Of a stretch of DNA of 32,000 bases, positions 22,446 to 31,887 are shown piece after piece. The notes under the pieces were generated by a model. It worked only from the letters and a program-made list of their open reading frames with translations, ran no database searches and was not told where the DNA came from. The translations under genes and the position numbers were made by a program. This stretch comes from Gemmata obscuriglobus (GTDB lineage Bacteria > Planctomycetota > Planctomycetia > Gemmatales > Gemmataceae). How positions within the stretch are numbered: the first letter of the stretch is position 1; each line of letters opens with the position of its first letter. The stretch lies in contig NZ_CP042911.1 of the NCBI RefSeq assembly GCF_008065095.1, positions 5,220,001 to 5,252,000 of the forward strand. The letters are read 5' to 3'.

Positions 22446-23942
22446 TCACCGCGGGGACATTTGCGGAGTCGGCTGTGGCGTCGGCGCCAAGCGAGAATTC
22501 ACCGACCGCACCGCCCACACCAACACGACGAGCAGCAACAGGGTCATAACTCCGGCCCCCACCCACACGGGCGCGAGCCCATTGCGCGAGGGGCGGGCGC
22601 GAGCGCGGTTCGAACGTGACGCGGGTGCTTGGCGCCGCTTTCCCCGGCGCGGCTTGGTAGTCAGTTCGGCCAGATCGACCGGCCGAGGGGTGATATCGGA
22701 TGAAGTCGCCGCCGGCACTCCAGCAGGCGGGTTTTCCGGAAGGTCGAGCAACACGTGCTTCGTCGCGGAACTCGGCGCCAAACCCATTGAGGACGGGAGA
22801 GCAGTGCTCCGCGACGGCAGGGTGTCGCCGGACGCCGCCGGATTCTGCGGGGCGGGACGCACCGTCACCACCGGCACCGCGGCCGACCCGTCGGGATACC
22901 GCGCGTACGATTCCAGAATCGCGGCGACTTCCGCTGCCGTCTGAAACCGGTCGTCGGGGCGCTTTGCCATCAGCCGGGCGACGATCTCGGCCACCGGAGC
23001 GGGCACCCCGGGCCGCAGCGCCTGAAGCGGGGCCGGCCGTTCGAGTTGGTGCTGCAACAACTTCTCGATCGCGTTCCCGGTGGGAAATGGGGGACGGCCG
23101 GTGAGGAGGAAGTAGAGCGTGCAACCCAGGCTGTAAAGGTCCGCGCGTGCGTCCACCAGCTTCGAGTTTTTCGCTTGCTCGGGGGCCATGTAGTCCGGCG
23201 TCCCCACGACGGTATGGTCCCGCGTCAGGTCCGGGGCGACCATGTCCTCGGGATCGACCGCCCGGGCGAGTCCCAGGTCCAGAATTTTGACGACCGCAGG
23301 TTCGGTCGCCTGAGGCAAATGCCGCTCACCCGCAACCACAATGTTGGACGGCTTGATGTCGCGGTGGACTAGGCCATGGTCGTGCGCGTGTTGCAACCCG
23401 AGTGCCGCCTGCCGAACGTATTCGCACGCTTCCACGACCTCAAGCTTCTGGAAGTCACGCATCATCCGGGCCAGGTCGATGCCGTCGACAAACTCCATCG
23501 CCAGGAAGAACTTGCCGTCCGCCTCGCCCGCGTCATCGACGCTCACGATGTTCGGGTGGTGCAACTTGCCAGTCGCCTGCACCTCGCGCGCGTACCGGCC
23601 GCGCACGGTCGGGTTCACGATGAGTGACGGCCGGATCACCTTGAGGGCCACCGTCCGATCGGTGCGACCGTGCCGCGCGCGGAACACTTTGCCCATTCCG
23701 CCCTCACCGAGCTTGTCGAGCACGACGTAAGAGCCAACGATGAGGTCCGCGGACTTCCCACGAATGATCTTGCCGAGTTGGTAGTGGGTGACGCGCTCGT
23801 GCTTGAGTATGTGCCTCATCCCGCCCTGGAGGTCGGTTCCGAAGGCGTTCAGGTCGCGGACGATCGCCCCGATCTGCTCGGGGGTGAACAGCCCGCTCCC
23901 CTGGAGGGTACGTACCAAGTCGTCGGCGGTTTCAAGTGGCAT
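22446..23942 (-). CDS. Ser/Thr protein kinase with C-terminal membrane anchor (498 aa)
   Basis: GEGGMGKVF...ALK, HRDIKPSN, DLGLAR, GTPDYMAPE. A Pro-rich linker is followed by the TM segment GAGVMTLLLLVVLVWAV. Confidence 0.9.
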   Translation of the reverse strand: MPLETADDLVRTLQGSGLFTPEQIGAIVRDLNAFGTDLQGGMRHILKHERVTHYQLGKIIRGKSADLIVGSYVVLDKLGEGGMGKVFRARHGRTDRTVALKVIRPSLIVNPTVRGRYAREVQATGKLHHPNIVSVDDAGEADGKFFLAMEFVDGIDLARMMRDFQKLEVVEACEYVRQAALGLQHAHDHGLVHRDIKPSNIVVAGERHLPQATEPAVVKILDLGLARAVDPEDMVAPDLTRDHTVVGTPDYMAPEQAKNSKLVDARADLYSLGCTLYFLLTGRPPFPTGNAIEKLLQHQLERPAPLQALRPGVPAPVAEIVARLMAKRPDDRFQTAAEVAAILESYARYPDGSAAVPVVTVRPAPQNPAASGDTLPSRSTALPSSMGLAPSSATKHVLLDLPENPPAGVPAATSSDITPRPVDLAELTTKPRRGKRRQAPASRSNRARARPSRNGLAPVWVGAGVMTLLLLVVLVWAVRSVNSRLAPTPQPTPQMSPR

Positions 23943-24151
23943 ACCGGGCGCGTCCGATCCGCTTCAGGCGACGCCCCGAACGAAGGCCGGCGAGGGCGGC
24001 CCATTCGGTTCTTCAGATTGTAGCGCATCGTTGGCCCAATAGAAGCGGCAAATCCGACCGATACGGCGACGAAGTTCGAAAGCGAACCAACACCGCATGA
24101 AGCGAACCGTTAAAATTCCCGATGATGACACAACCCAGGTGCTGAGGAGAG

Positions 24152-24334
24152 ATGCTGATGTCACAGCCCGTGAAACCCAACCCGGTCGTTTCCGCTACCG
24201 CCGTGTCGGTTGCGGCGGAGTCTCTGCCGTACCGCAAGGTCTACGCCTGGGTGTTTCAGGCGTGGCTGGTCATGTTCCTTGGCGTGATCTGCGCGGCCCT
24301 GGCGTTTTACCTGTTGTCATACATTCCGAAGTAG
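24152..24334 (+). CDS. Small TM ORF (60 aa), probably the 5' stump of a gene truncated by the IS66 insertion
   Basis: One hydrophobic span (WVFQAWLVMFLGVICAALAFYLL). The stop TAG 24332-24334 overlaps the first base of the IS66 left inverted repeat. Confidence 0.35.
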   Translation: MLMSQPVKPNPVVSATAVSVAAESLPYRKVYAWVFQAWLVMFLGVICAALAFYLLSYIPK

Positions 24335-25913
24335 TAAGCGTTCACGGGCGATTTGCCCCGCGTTTTCCCGTGCCTTTTGAGCCCTTTCCGTGGGCGGTTG
24401 CCACTGGCGAGTGTGTCCTGTGACCGATCTAACGCCATGACACCTGTTCCTCAACCGCCGGACCTCCCAGTCGACCTGCCGCCTCACGTGGTGGCGTATA
24501 TCCGGGCACTCGAAGCCACGATTGCCCAGCTCACGGCCCAGGTCGCCGAACTGACCGCCCGTCTCAACCAGAACTCGACCAACTCGTCGAAGCACCCGTC
24601 GTCCGACGCCCCGCACGTGAACCCGGCCCCGCCCAAGGGGGCCTCGGGCACGCGTCGCGGGGGCCAACCGGGACACCCCAAAGCGGAACGCACCGTTCTG
24701 CCGCCCGATGAGATCCGGGCCCTCCAGCCGTCCACGTGCCGGGGGGGCGCGCCCGCTGACCGGGGACGACCCGGAACCGGCCGTTCATCAGGTCCACGAG
24801 ATCCCCGTCGTCAAGCCCCACGTGACCGAGTACCGGTGCCACCGGCTCCGGTGCCCACACGGCGGCACGACCACGGTGTCCCTGGTGCCCGCCGGGGCGA
24901 CCACCGGATACGGCCCTCGGGCCCAGGCCGTGGCCGCGCTTCTCACCGGCTCGTGCCGCCTAGGCAAGCGGGGCGTGAGCCAACTGTTCGGCGACCTGTT
25001 CGGGCTACCGCTGAGCCCGGCCATGGTGTGCAAGCTCCAGCACCGATCCGCCCAGGCGCTGGCCCCGGTGGCCGACGCGGCCCTCGTCTACACCCGTGGC
25101 CAACCGGCCAACGTGGACGAAGCGGGCTGGACGCAAGGGCGTCAGCGGGCCTGGCTGTGGGCCGCCGTGACCACGCTGGTGGTGGCGTTCCTGATCCGCC
25201 GGACTTGTGGCCGAGCCGCCTTGGACGACCTCCGGGCCGGTTCGACCCAGGTGCACACGACCGACCGGTATCCGGTGTACACCCACTTGCGCCCGCACAA
25301 GCGGCAAGTGTGTTGGGCGCACCTGCGACGCGATTTCCAGGCGATGATCGACCGGGGCGGTTCCGGACAGGCGATCGGCGCGGCTCTGCTGGCGTGTTCG
25401 GACGCCCTGTTCGAGAACTGGTATCGGGTGCGGGACGGAACCCTCGCGCGGTCCACATGTCGCTCGACCTACATCCCCGCGTTGCGTCGTCAGGTTGGGG
25501 AGCACCTGCGGAGCGGGGCCGCGTGCGGCTGCGCCGAGACGGCCGCCACCTGCGCGGAGTTGTTGGCGGTCGAGGCGTCACGGTGGACGTTCGCGCGGGT
25601 GGCCGGCGTGGAACCGACCAACAACGCGGCCGAGCGCGAGGTGCGTCACGCCGTGTGCTGGCGGAAGACCAGCACACGGCACCGACAGCGAACGCCGGAG
25701 CCGGTTCGTAGAGCGGGTCCTCACGGTCATCGCCTCGTGTCGCCGGCAGAACCGCCATGTCCTGGAGTTCCTCACCGACGCCGTGACCGCGCACCGCACC
25801 GCACCGGCGCGACACCGCCGACCCTAATCCCAGCCGAAGCCCAACAGACTCCGATGCGGAATTCACTCCTCGCCAACTGTTGATACACTGCCGCATCACC
25901 CGTGAACGCTTAC
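24334..25913 (+). mobile_element. IS66-family insertion sequence (single-ORF type), degenerate
   Basis: Terminal inverted repeats GTAAGCGTTCACGGG (24334-24348) and CCCGTGAACGCTTAC (25899-25913), 15/15. GTAAGCG termini are characteristic of IS66. No 8-bp TSD is visible. Confidence 0.8.
24437..25827 (+). pseudogene. IS66-family transposase, disrupted by two +1 frameshifts
   Basis: N-terminal ...LEATIAQLTAQVAELTARLNQNSTNSSKHPSSDAP...GGQPGH.... The frame changes in the G7 run at 24741-24747 and again near 25671-25677, where ...CWRKTS|HGTDSERRSRFVERVLTVIASCRRQNRHVLEFL continues in the third frame. Confidence 0.8.
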
Positions 25914-26047
25914 ATGGGCTTTCTCAGCACGTCGACGGGGCTGATGATTCCCACCACAATCCCGCTCGGGTCGATCACGAACAGGTGGTGAACGCCCACC
26001 TCCAGCAACTGTTCGATCACCGACGCCGCCGACACCTCGGTGGTGAC
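25914..26047 (-). pseudogene. CBS-domain gene fragment trapped between two IS elements
   Basis: The minus strand reads VTTEVSAASVIEQLLEVGVHHLFVIDPSGIVVGIISPVDVLRKP, a typical CBS half-domain. TAG lies immediately upstream, and the reading frame terminates inside the IS66 inverted repeat. Confidence 0.45.
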
Positions 26048-26075
26048 CTACTTGCGCTGCACGAACCTGGCGGGG

Positions 26076-27575
26076 CAGGCCATTCATGGTGCCGGGTTTC
26101 GGTCGTAAGGTTTGTTCAGTGAACGAATAGAGCCATTTCCGGACGGTCGGCCATGCTCCTGGGTGCGGTGTTCGATCGGTTCGTTGAGGAGAGCCCACTG
26201 AGCGTCATGTCTCGGGCCACCATTGAACACGCGCTGTCGGCCTCGGCCCTGGATGCGTTATTCGAGCACACGGCGGAGACGGGGTACACGCAGGAGTTGC
26301 TGTTCTCGACGGTGGTGGAGTTGATGAGCCGGGTGGTGTGCGGGAAGGCACATCACGTGCAATCGGCCGACCAGCACATGGTGGATCGGATCCCGGTGAC
26401 CCTAAAGTCGGTGTACGAGAAGCTCCAGAACATCGAGCTCGGGGTGTCGGCGGGGTTGGTGCGGCGCATCGCGGACCGATGCCACGAGCGGATCGGCCGG
26501 TTGGGCGGCGAGCGGGACCCGGTACGGCCCGGTCGAGCCGTTCGGATCCTGGACGGGAATCATCTGGGGGCCACCCAGAAGCGGCTCCGGGTGACCCGCG
26601 GGCGCACCGCCGGCCCGCTCCCCGGGCTGGTCCTGGCGGTTCTGGACCCGGACCGCATGTTGATCACCGACATCATCCCGTGTGAGGACGGGCACACCCA
26701 GGAGCGAGCCCTTCTGGACCCGGTGATGCCGCTGGTGCAACCGGCCCAGGTGTGGGTCGGTGACCGCAACTTCTGCACCGCCGAGTTCCTGTCCCGGATC
26801 GATCAGCGGGGCACGTCGTTCGTGATCCGCCGGCACGGGAACACGACCCTCGAGGGGGACGGGGAGTGGACCGCGGAGGTGCGTACCGACACCGGTCGGG
26901 CGAGCGAGCGGCCGATGTGGGTGTGCGTGGGTGGGGAGCCGGTGCTGCAGGTGCGGTGCGTGCGGGTGCGGTTGGACCAGCCGACCGGGGACGGGGACCG
27001 GGAGCTCGAGATCCTGACCAACGTGCCGGGCGACCAGGCGGATGCGGCAACCGTCGCGGCCGTATACCGGGGCCGATGGGCGGTGGAAGGCGCGTTCCAC
27101 GAATTGACGGTCGCGCTGCGGTGCGAGGTGAACACACTCGGGTACCCGAAGGCGGCGGTGCTCGGGTTCGCGGTGGCGGTAGCCGCGTACAACGTGCTGG
27201 CGGTTCTCAAGGCCGCGATGCGAGCGGCACACGGGGTGGACGTGGTGCAGAACGAAGTGTCCGGTTACTACGTGGCCCTCGAGCTGGCCACCGTGTACCC
27301 GGGCATGATGATCGCCGTCCCACCGGCCCAGTGGGCCGTGTTCGGGGCCATGTCGGGCGTCGAGCTGGCCCGGCACCTACGGGCCTGGGCCGAGAAGATT
27401 AACCTGAAAAAGGTCAAAAAGTCACCGCCACGCAAGCCCACGAAAACCAAGACCGAACGTGTCGAAGACAAAATCCTACATGTCTCAACCGCTCGGTTGC
27501 TGGCAGATGACAAGAAGAATCGTCAGTCGCAAAAACGGCAACAAAAACGACAGTAGCCCTACCGTGAATGGCCTG
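26076..27575 (+). mobile_element. IS4-family insertion sequence
   Basis: Inverted repeats CAGGCCATTCATGGT (26076-26090) and ACCGTGAATGGCCTG (27561-27575), 14/15. One transposase ORF. No TSD visible. Confidence 0.7.
26153..27556 (+). CDS. IS4-family DDE transposase (467 aa)
   Basis: ...VWVGDRNFCT... (DDE D-region) and ...YRGRWAVEGAFHELT... (Y-2-R-3-E signature of IS4-type transposases). Lys-rich C-terminus. Confidence 0.8.
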   Translation: MLLGAVFDRFVEESPLSVMSRATIEHALSASALDALFEHTAETGYTQELLFSTVVELMSRVVCGKAHHVQSADQHMVDRIPVTLKSVYEKLQNIELGVSAGLVRRIADRCHERIGRLGGERDPVRPGRAVRILDGNHLGATQKRLRVTRGRTAGPLPGLVLAVLDPDRMLITDIIPCEDGHTQERALLDPVMPLVQPAQVWVGDRNFCTAEFLSRIDQRGTSFVIRRHGNTTLEGDGEWTAEVRTDTGRASERPMWVCVGGEPVLQVRCVRVRLDQPTGDGDRELEILTNVPGDQADAATVAAVYRGRWAVEGAFHELTVALRCEVNTLGYPKAAVLGFAVAVAAYNVLAVLKAAMRAAHGVDVVQNEVSGYYVALELATVYPGMMIAVPPAQWAVFGAMSGVELARHLRAWAEKINLKKVKKSPPRKPTKTKTERVEDKILHVSTARLLADDKKNRQSQKRQQKRQ

Positions 27576-27896
27576 ACTCATACCACTAAAGAGTGGCAAC
27601 GCAACCCATTAGGTTCATAACAGGCTCTAAGCGATCCGATTAAACCGCTATCCACGCATGCGATTGTGGAGCCCGGCAACGTTTTTCATCATTACCGTGT
27701 GGCAACGGAGCGGGTCGTAGTATTCGCCACAGTGCGAACTTCACCCACGGCGACATGTTGAAGGGCCGGAGCTGAATCGCTCACCCCGCAACTCGCGTAG
27801 CACGAGCGGCGCGAGTCGCCGTAACGCTCCCTATAGTGGACCCCGAAAACTGGACCGCCGGTTAAGCTATACCGGAGGCCCAGGAAAGGGGAACCC

Positions 27897-28184
27897 ATGG
27901 CGGGCAAGCGGAAGAGTCACTCGGCGGCGTTCAAGGCCCAGGTCGCGCTGGCGGCCCTCAAGGGCGACAAGACCATCAACGAACTGGCGAGTCAGCACGG
28001 CGTCCACCCGACCCTGATTCATGGGTGGAAGAAGCAGTTGCTCACCGGGGCCGAGGCCGTGTTCGCCTCGGGGGCGAAGGGCACCGGCCCCCCGGAAGAC
28101 AAGACGACCGAGTTGTACGAGCAGATCGGCCGCCTCAAGGTGGAACTCGACTGGGTGAAAAAAAAATCGGCCGCCCTCGGCTGA
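27897..28184 (+). CDS. IS3-family transposase OrfA (HTH)
   Basis: MAGKRKSHSAAFKAQVALAALKGDKTINELASQHGVHPTLIHGWKKQL... Ends just after an A9 run (28158-28166). Confidence 0.85.
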   Translation: MAGKRKSHSAAFKAQVALAALKGDKTINELASQHGVHPTLIHGWKKQLLTGAEAVFASGAKGTGPPEDKTTELYEQIGRLKVELDWVKKKSAALG

Positions 28185-29025
28185 GGCCAAGCGTGCCCGG
28201 ATCGAGGCCGAGCACCCGGAGCTGAGCGTCCGGCGCCAGTGCGAGCTGATCGGATTGAACCGCTCGACGGTGTACTACGAGCCGACCCCGGAGAGCGCGG
28301 AGAACCTGACGCTGATGCGGTTGATCGACGAGCAGTACACGACGTGCCCATTCTACGGGAGCCGGCGCCTGGCCGCGTGGCTGGGCACCCAGGGTCACGA
28401 GGTGAACCGCAAGCGGGTGCAGCGGCTGTTGCGGATCATGGGGTTGGAGGCCCTGTACCCCAAGCCCAAGCTGTCGGTCGGGTCCGGGCACAAGGTGTAC
28501 CCGTACCTGTTGCGGGGCGTGGCCATCGACCGGGTCCATCAGGTGTGGAGCACGGACATCACGTACATCCCGATGCCCACCGGGTTCATGTACCTGGCCG
28601 CAACGATGGACTGGTTCAGCCGGTACGTGGTGGCCTGGCGACTGTCCAACACGTTGGACGGGTCATTCTGCCAGGACATGCTGGAGGAGGCCTTGGGCCG
28701 GGGCAAGCCGGAGGTGTTCAACACGGACCAGGGAGTCCAGTTCACGGCCGCCGCGTGGGTCGGGCGATTGGAGCGGGCCGGGGTCGCGGTGAGCATGGAC
28801 GGGCGGGGCCGGTGCCTGGACAACGTGTTCGTGGAGCGCCTGTGGCGGAGCGTCAAGTACGAGGACGTGTACCTCAAGGGTTACGAGTCGGTGCCGGCCC
28901 TGGAGAGTGGGCTCCGGGCGTACTTCGGGTTCTACAACACCGAGCGGTTACACCAGTCCCTGGACTACCGCACCCCGGCTCAGGTGTATGGCGTCGGAGC
29001 CACGAAGGCCCCGACGAAACAGTAG
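28159..29025 (+). CDS. IS3-family transposase OrfB (DDE integrase core), no own start; expressed, if at all, as an OrfAB fusion
   Basis: The frame is open from 28159: KKNRPPSAEAKRARIEAEHPELSVRRQCELIGLNRSTVYY...WSTDITYI...NTDQGVQFT...VERLWRSVKYE... It lies in the +1 frame relative to orfA, not the canonical -1. Confidence 0.8.
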   Translation, partial: KKNRPPSAEAKRARIEAEHPELSVRRQCELIGLNRSTVYYEPTPESAENLTLMRLIDEQYTTCPFYGSRRLAAWLGTQGHEVNRKRVQRLLRIMGLEALYPKPKLSVGSGHKVYPYLLRGVAIDRVHQVWSTDITYIPMPTGFMYLAATMDWFSRYVVAWRLSNTLDGSFCQDMLEEALGRGKPEVFNTDQGVQFTAAAWVGRLERAGVAVSMDGRGRCLDNVFVERLWRSVKYEDVYLKGYESVPALESGLRAYFGFYNTERLHQSLDYRTPAQVYGVGATKAPTKQ

Positions 29026-29074
29026 CGAAGGATAGCAACTTTTTGGTCTAGACAATGGGGTCCACTGTACCCAC

Positions 29075-29111
29075 CGCGACATTCGGCCCGCGACTCGGGC
29101 CGAATGTCGCG
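29075..29111. repeat. 15-bp-stem hairpin between the IS3 end and the 3' end of 29159-30742
   Basis: CGCGACATTCGGCCC-gcgactc-GGGCCGAATGTCGCG. No U-tract follows on either strand. Confidence 0.6.
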
Positions 29112-29158
29112 AGCCGAAATCGCCGCATGAGAAGGGAGGTGACGTAGCCGGCGGGGAA

Positions 29159-30742
29159 TCACTCGACACGGTACACGATATACGCGTCGTCGGCGTACAC
29201 CTCCTCGAGGTAGTGCGCCTCAAACGGCTGTGACCGCGATGCAACGACGTGCGTGATACCACGCATCCGTAGCGCGGTGTGATCGGACAAGAAGTTACGA
29301 CTCTGATTCGAGTAGAAATCGGCCGCGAACGTCATGCGACTATGCCACTCTTGCACCTCAGAAGCCGCATATGGCACCGACTTGAAATCGACGTACACGC
29401 ATGCCCCAGTCGCGAGTCGGAACCGCTGCAGATCGACCGGGATTTGGTTCGTACCTTCCTTCGCGCGCGGCGGAGGGGCGAACGTGTTGGACACCGCTCC
29501 GCGCCCGCTCCCGACCTTCGGAAAGCTGGTCGGGATAAGGTACACATCTTCGGGCTTGGCGGTCCCACGAACGAAATTGTAGACACCACTTTCGTCGACA
29601 GTGCGGTAGCCCAATCCGAGCGCGGTCACGGCTACACCACCTGCAACCAGTGTCACTAGAAGCGCGAACGCAACCCGCTCCGCTTGCCGATTGTTGGAAA
29701 ACCGTGAAGCAACCGCCGAACAGATGATGGCCGTCGCGATCGGTACGAGTAGCACCGAGATGCGCCACGGGAACGTGAGTGCGAGTGCGTCACTCCGGGT
29801 CGCGAGTTGCACTCCAGTGAAGAGCACGCCGCCGGCCGCGGCGGTTGTCAACGCTCGGCCGAACGGTACTCGGCGTGCAAGTACCAAACCGAACACGACC
29901 CACGCAAGTTGGCACCCTGCAACTCGGTCGAGCCATCGCGCCGGCACGCAGTGGTGCGGAATGCGAACATTCGCGAGGGTGCTCAACGCGTTCTCGGCCC
30001 CCGCATTAAGTGGGTCGAACTGACTGAAAGTGAACAGAAACACCGGTGCCACCACCACCAGTGCTCCGCCGCCAGCCTGTACCGCGGCCCGCGCCCTTGT
30101 GGGCGCAAGCGTACACACGAACCCCGCGACCAGCAATCCGGAGGGGAAGAGATACGTCGAGTGGAACCAGCATGCGGCCGCGGCCACGGCACACGCAAGT
30201 CGTGGCTTCCCGTGTGCGAATAGCGCCAACGCCCAGACTAACAGCACCCCAAATGCAGACGGCTGAAACCCCGGCCCCAAGAGGTACTGGGCGGCGAGAC
30301 CAGACTGGAGGTACCAGGGATAATCGACTCCCACAGCCTGTATCGAGAGCCACCTCAGGATGCCCGCATGCGCGGCGGTGAAAAGGGCCGCAAAACCCAG
30401 ACGTGCGAGCCAGCTATTGGGAAACCACGGGAGCGTGACCACGAGCCACCGCACGGCGAGAAAATAGCTCGCGAGTAGCGCGAAATACACCGGCTGGATA
30501 AGCCACGGCTGTGTCGCGAATGCGCCCGACGTGAGCAGCGAAAAAAGCGGCGTGGGGTCGGCCGTGTTCGCGAGCCAGTCGCCCGCGAGGTGCCCATAGT
30601 GTGCGCTCGCGGCAGCGTGCAACAGGTACTGGTTCTGGTTCGAGTAGTACAGCGGAGACTGTGTGTGCGATATTGCAAACGCCAACGCAAGCAGCACCGC
30701 CTCGACTGTCAATATGCGCGAGCCGGAAGTCGATTCATGCAT
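29159..30742 (-). CDS. Polytopic membrane protein with C-terminal soluble domain (527 aa); possibly a GT-C-type glycosyltransferase
   Basis: About 10 or more hydrophobic spans in the first ~400 aa, then a soluble ~130-aa tail. Visibly lower GC than neighbouring genes. The functional guess rests only on topology resembling ArnT/PMT-like enzymes. Confidence 0.75.
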   Translation of the reverse strand: MHESTSGSRILTVEAVLLALAFAISHTQSPLYYSNQNQYLLHAAASAHYGHLAGDWLANTADPTPLFSLLTSGAFATQPWLIQPVYFALLASYFLAVRWLVVTLPWFPNSWLARLGFAALFTAAHAGILRWLSIQAVGVDYPWYLQSGLAAQYLLGPGFQPSAFGVLLVWALALFAHGKPRLACAVAAAACWFHSTYLFPSGLLVAGFVCTLAPTRARAAVQAGGGALVVVAPVFLFTFSQFDPLNAGAENALSTLANVRIPHHCVPARWLDRVAGCQLAWVVFGLVLARRVPFGRALTTAAAGGVLFTGVQLATRSDALALTFPWRISVLLVPIATAIICSAVASRFSNNRQAERVAFALLVTLVAGGVAVTALGLGYRTVDESGVYNFVRGTAKPEDVYLIPTSFPKVGSGRGAVSNTFAPPPRAKEGTNQIPVDLQRFRLATGACVYVDFKSVPYAASEVQEWHSRMTFAADFYSNQSRNFLSDHTALRMRGITHVVASRSQPFEAHYLEEVYADDAYIVYRVE

Positions 30743-31077
30743 ACGGTCTTTTTACGAACCCCAGTAGCAGCGATTACATCTGACTGGGTCAAGTCCGAAG
30801 AATGTGTGAACCCTACTCAGAGGCATGTGGTCTGCAACTGTTCCGGAATTCTTGCCACAAACCTTCGTTGCAGAGCACCAAGGCTTGCAAGCCCCCCGCA
30901 GTCTGGCTAGTGCGCTCCCTACGCTTCAAGGGCGAGGACGGCTGCTATCGGGCACAAGCTTCGCGATGGCCGCCGGGCTTACCGATCACGTGTGGCCAGT
31001 CGCCGAATGGTGGCCATTCCCCCGCCGTGCAACGCGTGTCAAATACCACCAGAGTTTTACATGTCCCGCGTATAAAA

Positions 31078-31887
31078 TCAAAGCAAGACGGGCGGGAGAG
31101 GCGCGGTACCAGGTTTACTTGCAGCATCCGCAACCGTTTTCGCAAGCGCAAGATACGCCTTCGAGACGGCCGAATCAGGGTACTTGCGCACGATCGGCTC
31201 GCCGTTGTCGCCACACCACGCCACCCGTGGGTCGATGGGCAACTCCCCCAGGAATGGGACCTTGCTCTCGTTCGCGAGCTTTTGCCCGCCGCCGACTCCG
31301 AAAATCGGTGTTTTATTGCCGCCCGCGTCTTCGAAGTAGCTCATGTTCTCCACGATGCCGAGGATCGGCACGCGGACCTCGCCGAACATCTTCACGCCCT
31401 TACGGGCGTCGATGAGGCTTACTTCACCCGGGGTGGTTACGATGACCGCCCCGGTCAAAGGCGCGCTCTGGCTCAGTGTGAGCTGCGCGTCTCCGGTCCC
31501 GGGCGGCAGGTCAATGATGAGGTAGTCGAGTTGGCCCCAGTCGATTTGGGCGAGAAACGATTGAACGGCTTGTGCCACCTTCGGCCCGCGCCAAATCACG
31601 GCCTGCTCGGGGCTCACGAGGAACCCCATGCTCATCAGCCGGATGCCGTACTTCTCGATGGGAAAGGGGGTGGTCTGTGGGTTCACCGATCCCAGCCCGA
31701 ACATGAGCGGCACGGACGGCCCGTAGATGTCCGCGTCCATGAGGCCCACGGAACGGCCGGTCATGTGCAGCGCCATTGCGAGGTTCGCGGCGACTGTGGA
31801 TTTGCCCACGCCGCCCTTTCCGCTGGCGACCGCAATGAGTTGCTTTACCCCGGGCAGCACCAGCTTCGGGGGCATTTGCGGGTTCAT
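31078..31887 (-). CDS. apbC: Mrp/NBP35-family Fe-S cluster carrier ATPase
   Basis: Deviant Walker A ASGKGGVGKST, ...IIDLPPGTGD..., ...ENMSYF... 269 aa. Confidence 0.9.
   Translation of the reverse strand: MNPQMPPKLVLPGVKQLIAVASGKGGVGKSTVAANLAMALHMTGRSVGLMDADIYGPSVPLMFGLGSVNPQTTPFPIEKYGIRLMSMGFLVSPEQAVIWRGPKVAQAVQSFLAQIDWGQLDYLIIDLPPGTGDAQLTLSQSAPLTGAVIVTTPGEVSLIDARKGVKMFGEVRVPILGIVENMSYFEDAGGNKTPIFGVGGGQKLANESKVPFLGELPIDPRVAWCGDNGEPIVRKYPDSAVSKAYLALAKTVADAASKPGTAPLPPVLL

Larger units (their letters stand above)
27832..29069 (+). mobile_element. IS3-family insertion sequence
   Basis: Inverted repeats TATAGTGGACCCCGAAAACTGGACC (27832-) and GGTCTAGACAATGGGGTCCACTGTA (-29069). Flanked by CCC on both sides, a possible 3-bp TSD that is weak evidence in GC-rich DNA. 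Has orfA/orfB organisation. Confidence 0.8.

Noticed and set aside
19933-22619. 630-aa minus-strand ORF (19933-21825) and 674-aa plus-strand ORF (20595-22619).
   Set aside because: They are antisense or out of frame relative to the LPS kinase and GT4 genes, which carry recognisable motifs. Their composition is low-complexity.
27576-27831. The 256-bp lower-GC spacer between IS4 and IS3 shares the 9-mer TTACCGTGT with the attI-like region (9707-9715).
   Set aside because: A single 9-mer match in 64 kb of two-strand sequence is within chance expectation. No other element of the attI-like repeats is present.
29075-29111. The hairpin contains GCCGAAT/ATTCGGC, resembling the attC-like cores.
   Set aside because: It lacks the GCT-CACCTG arms, the bulges and the unpaired spacer. 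It is a simple perfect 15-bp stem, so the core resemblance is judged coincidental.
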